Shown piece after piece: positions 1-8,982 of a stretch of 64,000 nt of DNA. The notes beneath the pieces were generated by a model. The model searched no databases. It was not told the DNA's origin and was given only the letters and a program-made list of their open reading frames with translations. The stretch comes from an uncultured Pseudomonadales bacterium (GTDB lineage Bacteria; Patescibacteriota; Microgenomatia; UBA1400; UBA12028), in assembly GCA_964635905.1 (NCBI GenBank), contig CAZWPK010000001.1, positions 224,293 through 288,292 of the forward strand, written 5' to 3'. How positions within the stretch are numbered: the first letter of the stretch is position 1; each line of letters starts with the position of its first letter. The translations under genes were made by a program, and so were the position numbers.

Positions 1-561
1 CGCTCACAGGATATGGTGCATGGCTGGCCACGCAACACCTTTGCTTTGCGAAAACTACAAAAAGAAATTGCCGATAGTGCAGGAATACCGATGGGACCAT
101 TAACCATGATTACCCACAGTGCCCATATGTATGCCGATGATTTTGGATTAGTGGATAACTTATTAATGTCCCACTACGAAGAAGAACAGGGCTACACTCC
201 CCAAGTCCACTTTGATTTTGATGCCCGAGGGAATGTGGTGGTGGAGATCATCAAAGAAGAAGACGCCCAAGTCTATCCATTTTGGAGTAAGCGCTATGAG
301 AAAGAAGCCATTCCAATGGCGGTGGAACGCATGATGAAAAAAGTGCCCAACGGCAAGCTCATTCGAGCAACCATCTTTGAACCCAACGGGGGACCCGCCA
401 TCAAAATGTTTGAGGGAAGAGTCGCCCAAGAAGTTGCCTGGCAAATCACCGACTGGAAATATCTGACCGATCCTGGACATCTGATGTATGTGGGATTAGA
501 ATTGCAAAAAGCCGAAGATTCCCTGAAGCAGTCCTCTAGCTATGAACAGGATCCGGCCTAA
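1..561 (+). CDS. Thymidylate synthase (ThyA/dCMP-hydroxymethylase) family protein, 5' truncated by window edge, with an unusually long C-terminal extension
   Basis: The translation GWPRNTFALRKLQKEIADSAGIPMGPLTMITHSAHMY aligns to the ThyA C-terminal core (GLPFNIASYALL...GDTHLY). The reading frame is open from nt 1. About 120 aa beyond the usual ThyA end have no recognisable similarity. Confidence 0.5.
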   Translation, partial: RSQDMVHGWPRNTFALRKLQKEIADSAGIPMGPLTMITHSAHMYADDFGLVDNLLMSHYEEEQGYTPQVHFDFDARGNVVVEIIKEEDAQVYPFWSKRYEKEAIPMAVERMMKKVPNGKLIRATIFEPNGGPAIKMFEGRVAQEVAWQITDWKYLTDPGHLMYVGLELQKAEDSLKQSSSYEQDPA

Positions 562-579
562 GAAAAGAGAAAGCGACCT

Positions 580-924
580 ATGGCAATGCAAGAAGCAACC
601 ACAGCAATCTTTAGAACAATGCGTCTTAAAAGGGCGCTTGCTGATTTTGATTTGCGCCGCGAACAAGCGGAATTATCCACATTGTTGTCCAATCCTGAAT
701 TTCAACAAAGCCTCCTGCCAGTTGCCCGACAGTTATTAATGAGACTTCGTACGTATTCTGAAGGAACCATTAAACCCTACTCTGGGATTGAGGCAACTAT
801 TATTGATCACTGGATCCTTACAGATCAGACGGTTGAATATTTTGATAAAATTAAAGAAGTGAAAGGACGCTATGCACCGTACAGCATCCTCCATCTTACC
901 CGAGTGAAAACTAACAGAGACTAG
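580..924 (+). CDS. hypothetical protein
   Basis: 114-aa ORF with no recognisable motif; it lies directly upstream of the fic locus. Confidence 0.35.
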   Translation: MAMQEATTAIFRTMRLKRALADFDLRREQAELSTLLSNPEFQQSLLPVARQLLMRLRTYSEGTIKPYSGIEATIIDHWILTDQTVEYFDKIKEVKGRYAPYSILHLTRVKTNRD

Positions 925-946
925 TTTGTAACCCTTAGAAATCAAT

Positions 947-1258
947 ATGCCAATCCGATACACAGATCAATCCTTCTACTGGAAGGAACGAGACATTCGA
1001 AGAGCCTTATTCAACTTTGAAAAAGATACTCACAGAGTGAATCCTGGCACACCCCTAATGGAAGCAAAAGCAATTCTCTTTCGTTCGGCTTTCGCTCTTT
1101 TTACAGTTTTAAACGAAAACACGAACCCACCCGTAGACATCATTGTCTTTTTAGACTGGATGATTGATGCAACGGGCGCTTCAAAACTAGGTGATGATCG
1201 TTTCTTGGGTGTCACAGCAAGGAGCAGAGAGATTTTAATGATTTCTAAAAGAGACTGA
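947..1258 (+). CDS. hypothetical protein (possible partner of downstream Fic)
   Basis: 103-aa ORF immediately upstream of fic with no recognisable motif. Confidence 0.35.
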   Translation: MPIRYTDQSFYWKERDIRRALFNFEKDTHRVNPGTPLMEAKAILFRSAFALFTVLNENTNPPVDIIVFLDWMIDATGASKLGDDRFLGVTARSREILMISKRD

Positions 1259-1276
1259 GACTAGTATTGCTAGATC

Positions 1277-1310
1277 TTGCAAAGTGTTGCAAGATGTTGC
1301 AATGTTGCAA
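1277..1310. promoter_or_regulatory. Four tandem copies of the palindromic hexamer TTGCAA at roughly 10-bp spacing, overlapping the fic start
   Basis: TTGCAA occurs at 1277-1282, 1287-1292, 1297-1302 and 1305-1310. The hexamer is self-complementary and the spacing is about one helical turn, so it looks like an operator. Confidence 0.35.
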
Positions 1311-2330
1311 TATCCATATCCTGTTTCTGCTCAACTGGTCACTCCGTTACTGGAACGTATTCAGTTTTTAGCCAAGGTGCTTGAAAGTGTGCCTGTCTCT
1401 CCCACCGTAGCGTCTACTGTTTTTCATCGGCAACAGCTTAAAAGCTCCTTATTTTCTGCTCGCATCGAAGGGAATGTCCTCACTCTCGGGCAAGTTGATC
1501 AGTTGTCTAACGATCCACAAGACTTGCAAAAGAAAGAAGTGGATAACTGTTTGCGGGCGTTGCGTTTTGTCAAAACACTTCCTAAAGCATTAACGATGCA
1601 ATCCATAAAAGACATTCATGCACAACTCTTAGAAGGACTTCACGGACAAGCAGGGATCTTTCGTAGTGAACAATCGGGAATATTTGATGCTTCTGGCTCC
1701 GTGGTGTATCTAACCCCCGATCGACTCACGATGCAGCAGATGCTAGAGATCTGGCTGGTAGAGGCAAACAAGGAACGCGAACCCATTGAACACCTCCTCG
1801 ACGTTGCACGACTGCACTACTATTTCGAAAAAATTCACCCTCTCATCGATGGAAATGGGAGAACGGGACGTGTGCTTTTGCAGTGGCAATTAGAGCAAAG
1901 CACCCTGTTTGGCGAATTCACGCTTCCCATCGATCAATACTTTGATGAGCACAAGGCTTCCTACTATGCCTATATGGAACGTAGTACCCGACACACAGAG
2001 GAATTCACATCCTTTGTCTTAGAAGGTATTGTTTGGTCGCTAGAACAGATTCTCCTAGATCTTAAACGGGTCGGAGAAGAACAACTCGCAACATCGCAAA
2101 ACCAACGTTCCAATCGGTTGGGCTTATTACCTCGACGCGAAGAATTAGTGTCCATTATCCATGATCACCCTCTATGTTCCTTTGACCTCCTCTCTCGACG
2201 TTTTCCCACAATCCCTGTGCGAACACTAGCTAACGACCTGCAGTGGTTAGTGAAACACGATTATGTGATCAAACATGGAAGTACACGCGGAGTCCGGTAT
2301 TCAATTAAAGCTACTGGTTTAGATCGATAA
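1284..2330 (+). CDS. fic: Fic/DOC family protein (class II Fic, putative AMPylator) with C-terminal wHTH
   Basis: Fic motif HPLIDGNGRTGR matches HPFx[DE]GNGRxxR. An N-terminal inhibitory-helix-like motif SARIEGN matches [ST]xxxE[GN]. An alternative in-frame ATG lies at 1302. Confidence 0.8.
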   Translation: MLQDVAMLQYPYPVSAQLVTPLLERIQFLAKVLESVPVSPTVASTVFHRQQLKSSLFSARIEGNVLTLGQVDQLSNDPQDLQKKEVDNCLRALRFVKTLPKALTMQSIKDIHAQLLEGLHGQAGIFRSEQSGIFDASGSVVYLTPDRLTMQQMLEIWLVEANKEREPIEHLLDVARLHYYFEKIHPLIDGNGRTGRVLLQWQLEQSTLFGEFTLPIDQYFDEHKASYYAYMERSTRHTEEFTSFVLEGIVWSLEQILLDLKRVGEEQLATSQNQRSNRLGLLPRREELVSIIHDHPLCSFDLLSRRFPTIPVRTLANDLQWLVKHDYVIKHGSTRGVRYSIKATGLDR

Positions 2331-3378
2331 GTTTAGATGAAGGTTTTGGACTTGCGATAGGAATGGAACTTTTTTTAACTTTTCCATGAATAAGATTTTC
2401 AGGCACGCTTCCCCAAGCTCTGCTATCAGAACTATGTTCGCGATGATCACCTAAGACATAGTAGCTATCCTCTGGAACGATATATGTTCCACCGGTAGGT
2501 GGGAAAGAGGACGAGACCGTAGTTCCTTGCGAAAAGAGGTAGGGCTCTTCTAGCTGGACTCCATTGCGAACCACGTATCCAGATTTGATTTCTATCCGAT
2601 CGCCTGGGACTCCAATGACCCTTTTAATCTGCGCACATCCCGTACCTGTAGGGCAGTTAGCCCCCTTCGGAACGGTAAAATAGATCACATCACCGGATTG
2701 TATGCTGGAGGATAGTAAGCCCCCTTTCTGACTGTAGACTCGGTCGCGATCATTGAATGTAGGTTGCATCGATGTACCGGAGACTAGCAATAGAGACTTA
2801 GGTCCATACAGTTGGCCGACATAAAACTGATAACTGGAAAAGACTCCTATGATGACAAGGAATGCAAAGAGAAGTTTTTGCGCAATATCGGGAGAGGTGG
2901 ATGCTGGATGCACCGGATGTTGTTCACGATCGACGCGGACTACTACTGTCTTTGCAAGTTTGTCATGAACACCTTGCTGATGGGGATCAAGAAGTGCCCA
3001 TAATTGGGGAACATTCGCAATCAATGGACTGATTGATCTTACTAGTGAGCGAACTAAAATAGACTGCAGGGCAGGTTTTTGACCGTCAATCACAGAAATG
3101 ACACGTATTTTCATCACAATTCGCCCCAACGTAGACCCTTTGCTACTCAACAAAAGCACTTCATAGATAAAGGGAAGCACATAGGAAAGTACGAGAGTAG
3201 GCGAATATCCATACTGGAGTGGATGATTTGGCTCAAGGACAAAACGGGCAATGCTCACAACTGTCGCAGACAAGGAGAAAACAAAAATAGTGTCAATCAG
3301 TCCCGCAAGAGCACGTCGGACAATTCCGCCTTTCTGGTAGGAAAAAACATCAATCTGAGTAGTTTGTGTGGGATCCAT
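2311..3378 (-). CDS. lepB: Signal peptidase I with N-terminal RDD-like membrane domain
   Basis: SPase I boxes are present: GTSMQPT (catalytic Ser), RVIGVPGDRIE and YYVLGDHREHSSDSRAWG. The N-terminal 110 aa (RRALAGLIDTIFVFSL...) resemble an RDD-family TM domain. The 3' end overlaps convergent fic by 20 nt. Confidence 0.8.
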   Translation of the reverse strand: MDPTQTTQIDVFSYQKGGIVRRALAGLIDTIFVFSLSATVVSIARFVLEPNHPLQYGYSPTLVLSYVLPFIYEVLLLSSKGSTLGRIVMKIRVISVIDGQKPALQSILVRSLVRSISPLIANVPQLWALLDPHQQGVHDKLAKTVVVRVDREQHPVHPASTSPDIAQKLLFAFLVIIGVFSSYQFYVGQLYGPKSLLLVSGTSMQPTFNDRDRVYSQKGGLLSSSIQSGDVIYFTVPKGANCPTGTGCAQIKRVIGVPGDRIEIKSGYVVRNGVQLEEPYLFSQGTTVSSSFPPTGGTYIVPEDSYYVLGDHREHSSDSRAWGSVPENLIHGKVKKSSIPIASPKPSSKLIDLNQ

Positions 3379-3399
3379 TGTGTATAGTATACCTTAACT

Positions 3400-3666
3400 A
3401 TGTCACGATTTCCCCCTGGTGCCTTTAAAAAACAACTCCAAGAGAAGATAAAAACGTTGGACGATGCTCCAGCACAAAAGTTTGAAATCAAGAACGTGGA
3501 TCCAGCAACCTTTGCAACCAGACCTTCTGCCTACCATGCCCAAGACAGCTTACTTCGATCCCCAGTTAGTGGATCGACAGCAAAGTTACCCACAGCCTCG
3601 TTAATGAATAAGCCCGTGCACGAACGAATGAAATCATTTGTCAAAGAACAGTTCGGAAAGAAATAG
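3400..3666 (+). CDS. hypothetical protein
   Basis: 88-aa ORF with no recognisable motif. Confidence 0.3.
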   Translation: MSRFPPGAFKKQLQEKIKTLDDAPAQKFEIKNVDPATFATRPSAYHAQDSLLRSPVSGSTAKLPTASLMNKPVHERMKSFVKEQFGKK

Positions 3667-3729
3667 CAGCTAGCGCCATTTGATCAAACCCTTTGGGTTT
3701 GCTATTGTGTTTTTTATAGGGAGTACATC

Positions 3730-4362
3730 ATGACAATGCAAAAAGGATTCATTATCTCGTTTGAGGGTGGAGAAGGAGCTGGAAAGACAACCCAGATTGT
3801 GCGCCTTCGCGACCACCTGGTCAAAGAAGGTTTCGACGTTGTCGTGGTTCGAGAGCCAGGTGGAACAGTGATCTCCGAACAAATACGTGAAGTTGTGCTG
3901 TCCAGTAAAAATATTGGGATGGCATATACCGCTGAAGTACTCCTGTTTCAAGCGGCGCGTGCCCAGGTCTATCGAGAACTAGTTCTTCCAAGTCTAGAAG
4001 CCAAAAAAATCGTGCTCATGGATCGCACCCGCGATAGTTCCGTCGTCTACCAAGGAATGGTTCGAAAATTTGGAGTCGACACGATTGAAGAACTCAACAA
4101 GATTTCAACCAAAGACACCTATCCCGATTTAACCTTCCTCTTGGACGTGGATCCAAAATTGGGTATCGAGCGTCAGCTCCAAGCCGGTGGAGCCAATCGA
4201 TTCGAGATGGAAAATCTAGCCTTTCACCAAGAAGTTCGGGAAGCCTATCGGTATCTTGCCAAACAAAATGATCATGCTCGATGGGAACTGGTAGATGCTA
4301 ATCAAACCTTAGAAGCCGTGGAAGAAGTGATCTGGAAGAAAGTAGCCGAAATAATCGAATAG
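3730..4362 (+). CDS. tmk: Thymidylate kinase
   Basis: P-loop FEGGEGAGKTTQ and a Tmk-like fold over 210 aa. A GGGAG SD lies 6 nt upstream of the ATG. Confidence 0.9.
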   Translation: MTMQKGFIISFEGGEGAGKTTQIVRLRDHLVKEGFDVVVVREPGGTVISEQIREVVLSSKNIGMAYTAEVLLFQAARAQVYRELVLPSLEAKKIVLMDRTRDSSVVYQGMVRKFGVDTIEELNKISTKDTYPDLTFLLDVDPKLGIERQLQAGGANRFEMENLAFHQEVREAYRYLAKQNDHARWELVDANQTLEAVEEVIWKKVAEIIE

Positions 4363-4366
4363 GCCT

Positions 4367-4717
4367 ATGGCACAAACTGAGTTAGTTTCTGCACAGCTGC
4401 AGATAGCGGTAGAGGACGAACTAGATAGTAATCGATCCTTAAGTTCACAGCTCAGACCGTTTCTTGATGGGGTTGGTGGTCTACCTATTTTGTTGACCAT
4501 GTTCTATGATCTTGCGATCGCCATCAGAGAATTTGATGAAGATAGAATTGATGAACAATATTATCTCTTAAGTTCGAATCCTAAGTTATCTGCCATGTTT
4601 GAACAAAATAACTGGGCTAAGGGTAAGCTGTCCGCAGTCTTCATTGAAAAAATAATTCATGCTCTCCAACATCTTGAATCTAAAGTGGTAAAAGCAGATG
4701 ACGTTGTTGAAACCTAG
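4367..4717 (+). CDS. hypothetical protein
   Basis: 116-aa ORF starting 5 nt after tmk, probably co-transcribed. Confidence 0.4.
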   Translation: MAQTELVSAQLQIAVEDELDSNRSLSSQLRPFLDGVGGLPILLTMFYDLAIAIREFDEDRIDEQYYLLSSNPKLSAMFEQNNWAKGKLSAVFIEKIIHALQHLESKVVKADDVVET

Positions 4718-4728
4718 TTATCCTGATC

Positions 4729-4953
4729 TTAAACATCACCATCGAGTGGTAAATCAGGAATTGCTATGGACAAGTAAGCTTTATACCATTCTGAAAACAC
4801 AAGTAGTAGTTCTTGGTCAGACTTGGTCACCTCGTCTGGATACGCCAGTAGATAGTCGTTCATAAAATCGAGGAATAAAATAGGGCTGGGAAGATTAAGA
4901 GCCTGAATTTTCTGATCATTCACCAATTCAACTGCACGTTCATGAAAGGCCAT
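4729..4953 (-). CDS. hypothetical protein (doubtful)
   Basis: 74-aa ORF on the opposite strand between tmk-operon and argG leader. Confidence 0.25.
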   Translation of the reverse strand: MAFHERAVELVNDQKIQALNLPSPILFLDFMNDYLLAYPDEVTKSDQELLLVFSEWYKAYLSIAIPDLPLDGDV

Positions 4954-5094
4954 AGGTTTTTCCTTTTTACTAACTCTACTAACTTAAAGTTTATTTTTCA
5001 CCTCTATTCTACCACTTCTAGATAGTTTCGCTGATTTCTGCCCGTACTATTTTCCTGCTTGCCTAAAGTGGGGGGTGCGCAGTACACTCATTTT

Positions 5095-5120
5095 CTAGTG
5101 CCCACCACTAGTTTTTTTTT
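5095..5120 (+). terminator. Intrinsic terminator-like hairpin in the argG leader
   Basis: CTAGTG-CCCAC-CACTAG is a perfect 6-bp stem followed by nine T residues. Confidence 0.45.
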
Positions 5121-5178
5121 GGCCAGTTTCCGTACGAAACCATCCCCAATTGGGAAATGGTTGTCATTCTTTCTTTTT

Positions 5179-5204
5179 AAGTCCTCCCACAGGGACTTTT
5201 TTTT
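5179..5204 (+). terminator. Second terminator-like hairpin in the argG leader
   Basis: AAGTCC...GGACTT stem followed by eight T residues, 90 nt upstream of the argG ATG. Confidence 0.4.
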
Positions 5205-5293
5205 GCCCACTAATCTAGTCGATTTCACTCCCAACTTTATTCTGCAATCCTGCGTATCCGCTATCGATTCTACTTATCAAGGAGCATCCTGCT

Positions 5294-6922
5294 ATGTCCG
5301 ACGCAATCTACACTAAAGTGTCATCGTATGAAGGCCGCAAAGGCGAGGTAAAGAAAGTGGTCCTACTCTATTCTGGAGGCTTGGACACATCCGTCATGCT
5401 CAAATGGATTCAAGATGAATACCACGCCCAGGTAGTGGCGCTGACCATCGACATCGGTCAGCAAGCCGATGATTTAAAAGCCATCCAACAAAAAGCCATT
5501 AAACTGGGGGCCGTCAAAGCCATCGTGCTGGATGCCAAGAATGAATTTGCCTATCACTATCTAGCCAAGGGAATCAAAGCCAACGCCTCGTATCAGGGGC
5601 GCTACCACATGAGTACTCCCATGGGTCGACCGCTTCTCTCCAAGCTCGCTGTCCAAGTAGCTCGGGAAGAGGGCTGTGACACGATTGCGCATGGATGCAC
5701 GGGAAAAGGGAATGATCAAGTGCGGATTGAAGGCTCGGTGTTGACGCTAGCGCCCGAAATGAAAATCATTGCTCCAGTTCGTGAGTGGAGCATGGGTCGG
5801 GATGAAGAACTGGTGTATGCCAAGAAGCATGGCATTCCCGTCAAACAAACGGCTGCCTCTCCGTATTCCTATGATGACAACATGTGGGGAGTAACAGGGG
5901 AGAGTGGAGAGATTGAAAATCCCGCCCTGATTCCGCCATTAGAGAAAATCCTGCAGGTCTGTCGCATTGTGGAAAAGACACCCAATAAACCGGTGTATCT
6001 GAAACTGCGCTTTGTCAAAGGAATCCCCGTCGAACTGGATGACAAACCCTTCGGTCTCGTCCAGATCATTGCCAAACTCAATACCATCGGAGCCAAGCAT
6101 GGTGTTGGAGTCACGCATCATATTGAGGATCGTCTCGTGGGACTCAAGGTCCGCGGTCTGTATGAAGCGCCAGCCGCAGAAATCATCATCAATGCCCACT
6201 TTAACCTAGAAAAATACGTCTCCACCCGTCAGGAAAATGAATTTAAATCCATCGTAGATACCAAGTGGGCGTACCTCTGTTATGGTGCTCTCTGGTACGA
6301 GCCACTCATGGATGATCTCAATGCCTATATTGAAAAGGTCAATGAAAAAGTGAGTGGAATCGTCACGGTCAAACTGCATAAAGGGCAAGCGGAAGTGGTG
6401 GCAGTCGAAACCCCCAATACGATCTTTGATGAGAAGCTAGCTACCTTTATGAAATCGTCGGCATTCAACCAGAATGCATCGGCAGGTTTTACCGAGATTT
6501 ACACCATGCAGATGCGACTGGCGCAGGAAAAAGAACGCTTGTGTTTGCTCACGATCGGGGAAGACTATAATAAGGAACGTTTCCTGCCCATCGTACTCAA
6601 ACTCAAAGACCTAGGATTTTCCTTCTACGCAACCGAACACACGCATGAGTTCTACAAGAAACACGGGGTGGAGTCGATTCCAGTGCATAAGATGTACAAG
6701 AAAACGACACCAAACTTGGAAAGTGTCCTTCGCCAGGATCTGTTCGATTTGATCATTCATGTGGCCTATAGCAATCAGTTCCCCGAAGCCAAAAAAGATG
6801 AAAAAGTCATTCGTTCTTGGGCAATCAAGAATAACGTGCCGCTCGTGCGTGATCTTGAAACAGCAGAGGACTTAATCAAGACAGTGGAGAAGCGCATGGT
6901 GGTGCGTAAAAAGTCAGCCTAA
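5294..6922 (+). CDS. argG: Argininosuccinate synthase with C-terminal MGS-like (CarB-type allosteric) domain
   Basis: PP-loop LLYSGGLDTS, AHGCTGKGNDQVR, and an ArgG fold to about residue 415. The C-terminal ~125 aa (LGFSFYATEHTHE...FDLIIHV) resemble the methylglyoxal-synthase-like domain found at the CarB C-terminus. Confidence 0.85.
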   Translation: MSDAIYTKVSSYEGRKGEVKKVVLLYSGGLDTSVMLKWIQDEYHAQVVALTIDIGQQADDLKAIQQKAIKLGAVKAIVLDAKNEFAYHYLAKGIKANASYQGRYHMSTPMGRPLLSKLAVQVAREEGCDTIAHGCTGKGNDQVRIEGSVLTLAPEMKIIAPVREWSMGRDEELVYAKKHGIPVKQTAASPYSYDDNMWGVTGESGEIENPALIPPLEKILQVCRIVEKTPNKPVYLKLRFVKGIPVELDDKPFGLVQIIAKLNTIGAKHGVGVTHHIEDRLVGLKVRGLYEAPAAEIIINAHFNLEKYVSTRQENEFKSIVDTKWAYLCYGALWYEPLMDDLNAYIEKVNEKVSGIVTVKLHKGQAEVVAVETPNTIFDEKLATFMKSSAFNQNASAGFTEIYTMQMRLAQEKERLCLLTIGEDYNKERFLPIVLKLKDLGFSFYATEHTHEFYKKHGVESIPVHKMYKKTTPNLESVLRQDLFDLIIHVAYSNQFPEAKKDEKVIRSWAIKNNVPLVRDLETAEDLIKTVEKRMVVRKKSA

Positions 6923-6931
6923 GGAACATCT

Positions 6932-7912
6932 ATGCAACAACACTGGGATATCCAAGCAGAACTGCTCGAACGCATCAAGGAGAACGGGGGATGGGTGAAC
7001 TGTCATGCGCATATTGATCGTGCGTATACGATCACTGAGGAAAACTTTACCCTCAGTCAACAACCACGATCTGAAAAGTGGGCACTCAACAGTGAGCTGC
7101 GCAAAACCTCTACCGTCGATCAAATCTATGATCGCATGGCAAAGGCGATCGAACGGATGCTCGAGCAAGGAGTCAGTGCGTTAGGAACCTTCATTGATGT
7201 GGATGGGGATGTGAAAGACAAGGCAATCAAGGCAAGTCAACGGATCAAGGAGTCGTATGGAAAGCAACTTACATTACGCTTCCTCAATCAGTCCAGTTAT
7301 GGATTATTCAACGAAGAAAAAGAATCTCGAGAATGGTTTGAGGTAGGCGCAGAGTATGTTGATATTATCGGCGGACTGTTGAAAGCCGATGCCGGACGCG
7401 AAGCGGAACATCTGGATATCTTGTTATCCACCGCTAAACGACTCGGAAAAATGGTCCATGTGCACGTGGATGAACTCAACCTTCCGGAAGAGCATGAGAC
7501 AGAATTACTGGCACAAAAAACCATCGAGCATGGCATGGAAGGCAAGGTTGTGGGGATTCACGGGATCTCGATCAATGCGCGTCCGCTAGAAGAACGCCAA
7601 GCTCTGTACACACTCATCGCCAAGGCACAGTTGCAATTCATTGCCTGTCCAGTCTCCTGGCTCAATGAGCGTCGCTCGGAATCCCTCTCACCCATCCACA
7701 ATCCGATTACCCCAGTTGATGAGCTGCTTACCTACAACATTCCGGTGGGAATTGGGACAGATAATATTGCGGATATTTGGATGCCGCTCAATAACGCGGA
7801 TCTCTGGCTGGATTTGCGCGTGTTGCTCGAAGCTGCGCGCATCTATGACCTGGACACACTGGTTCAGATTGCGACGAGTAATGGGAAAAAAATATTAGGA
7901 CTATCGGCATGA
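6932..7912 (+). CDS. Metal-dependent amidohydrolase, possibly a divergent dihydroorotase
   Basis: An N-terminal HxH-like CHAHIDR motif, 326 aa. It sits immediately upstream of pyrD-like, pyrE and pyrF with a 4-nt overlap. Assignment as PyrC is inferred from context only. Confidence 0.5.
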   Translation: MQQHWDIQAELLERIKENGGWVNCHAHIDRAYTITEENFTLSQQPRSEKWALNSELRKTSTVDQIYDRMAKAIERMLEQGVSALGTFIDVDGDVKDKAIKASQRIKESYGKQLTLRFLNQSSYGLFNEEKESREWFEVGAEYVDIIGGLLKADAGREAEHLDILLSTAKRLGKMVHVHVDELNLPEEHETELLAQKTIEHGMEGKVVGIHGISINARPLEERQALYTLIAKAQLQFIACPVSWLNERRSESLSPIHNPITPVDELLTYNIPVGIGTDNIADIWMPLNNADLWLDLRVLLEAARIYDLDTLVQIATSNGKKILGLSA

Positions 7913-8982
7913 CCACACCTTTTTACGATCCCACCCGTTCCTATGATGAGAACTATGCGCGTGGCCCGTTCGGGGCATTTGAACATCCAAGAGAATGGAT
8001 GCCCACATCGACATCTTCTACCTCATTTTTAGGTATTCCACTTGATTTTCCCTTTGGGATTCCCGCAGGACCACTGCTAAACGCTCGCTATGTTTCTGCG
8101 GCATTCACCATGGGATTTCCGGTCTGTGTGTATAAGACAGTGCGTTCCCGCCAGACCCCTAGTCATCCTGTTCCTAATGTACTCCCAATTGAGATTAACG
8201 GAGATTTAACGTTAGACAAGGCAGCCAAGCCAGTCACCGTAAAATCAAGCTATAGCCAACCGCTCTCCATCACCAACTCCTTTGGAGTTCCTTCCAAAGA
8301 GCCCAGTGTGTGGGAAGTCGATATGAGAGAGGCTCTTGAGTCTGCTCGTCCAGGCCAGTTACTGATCGGAAGCTTTCAAGGAACCTCATCGCCTGATGGT
8401 TTTGATGCGTTCCTTGGGGACTGTGTCTCCACCGCAGTACGGGTGGCGGCAACCGGAGTGAAAGTATTGGAACTCAATTTGAGCTGTCCCAATGAGGGAA
8501 AGAAAGCACTCCTATGTTTTGATATTGAACGGGTGGAAGCTATCGTAGACGCAATCAAATCCCAGGTAGCAACCCCACTTCTGTTAAAACTGGCCTATTT
8601 TTGCGATCAACAACAGCTAACCAAATTTGTTGAACACATCGGACCCAGGGTAGAAGGACTGTGCGCAATCAATACCATTCCAGCCACCATTGTCGACACA
8701 AATGGGAACCAAGCCTTGCCTGGGGAGGGACGCGCAGTCAGTGGGGTGTGTGGGGATGCGATTCGCTGGGCAGGACTTGAAATGGTGGGCCGACTCGCAT
8801 TACTTCGAAAGTCCATGCAACTAGAATTTGCCATCATCGGGGTAGGGGGAGTATTGACCCCAGATCACTATCATGAATATCGTAGCGTTGGTGCCGACCT
8901 AGTCCTTTCTGCGACGGGGGCAATGTGGAATCCACAATTGGCTCAAGAAATCTATTCATCTAAATCCACAGGAGAATTATGA
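7909..8982 (+). CDS. pyrD: Dihydroorotate dehydrogenase-like flavoprotein
   Basis: The LNLSCPN motif is characteristic of the DHOD/DHPD family. It overlaps its neighbours on both sides. Confidence 0.65.
   Translation: MTTPFYDPTRSYDENYARGPFGAFEHPREWMPTSTSSTSFLGIPLDFPFGIPAGPLLNARYVSAAFTMGFPVCVYKTVRSRQTPSHPVPNVLPIEINGDLTLDKAAKPVTVKSSYSQPLSITNSFGVPSKEPSVWEVDMREALESARPGQLLIGSFQGTSSPDGFDAFLGDCVSTAVRVAATGVKVLELNLSCPNEGKKALLCFDIERVEAIVDAIKSQVATPLLLKLAYFCDQQQLTKFVEHIGPRVEGLCAINTIPATIVDTNGNQALPGEGRAVSGVCGDAIRWAGLEMVGRLALLRKSMQLEFAIIGVGGVLTPDHYHEYRSVGADLVLSATGAMWNPQLAQEIYSSKSTGEL

Noticed and set aside
163-480. Numerous antisense or out-of-frame ORFs of 60-150 aa nested inside well-supported genes (for example 163-480, 5869-6199, 8270-8837, 16888-17277, 21442-21861, 24572-24943, 30601-31062, 35709-36160)
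   Set aside because: They overlap confidently assigned genes, show biased low-complexity composition typical of shadow frames, and have no start or SD context.
5059-5316. 85-aa ORF spanning the argG leader as a possible attenuation leader peptide
   Set aside because: It is not enriched in Arg codons, it overlaps the argG start in another frame, and it spans both terminator hairpins. It is more likely a spurious ORF.
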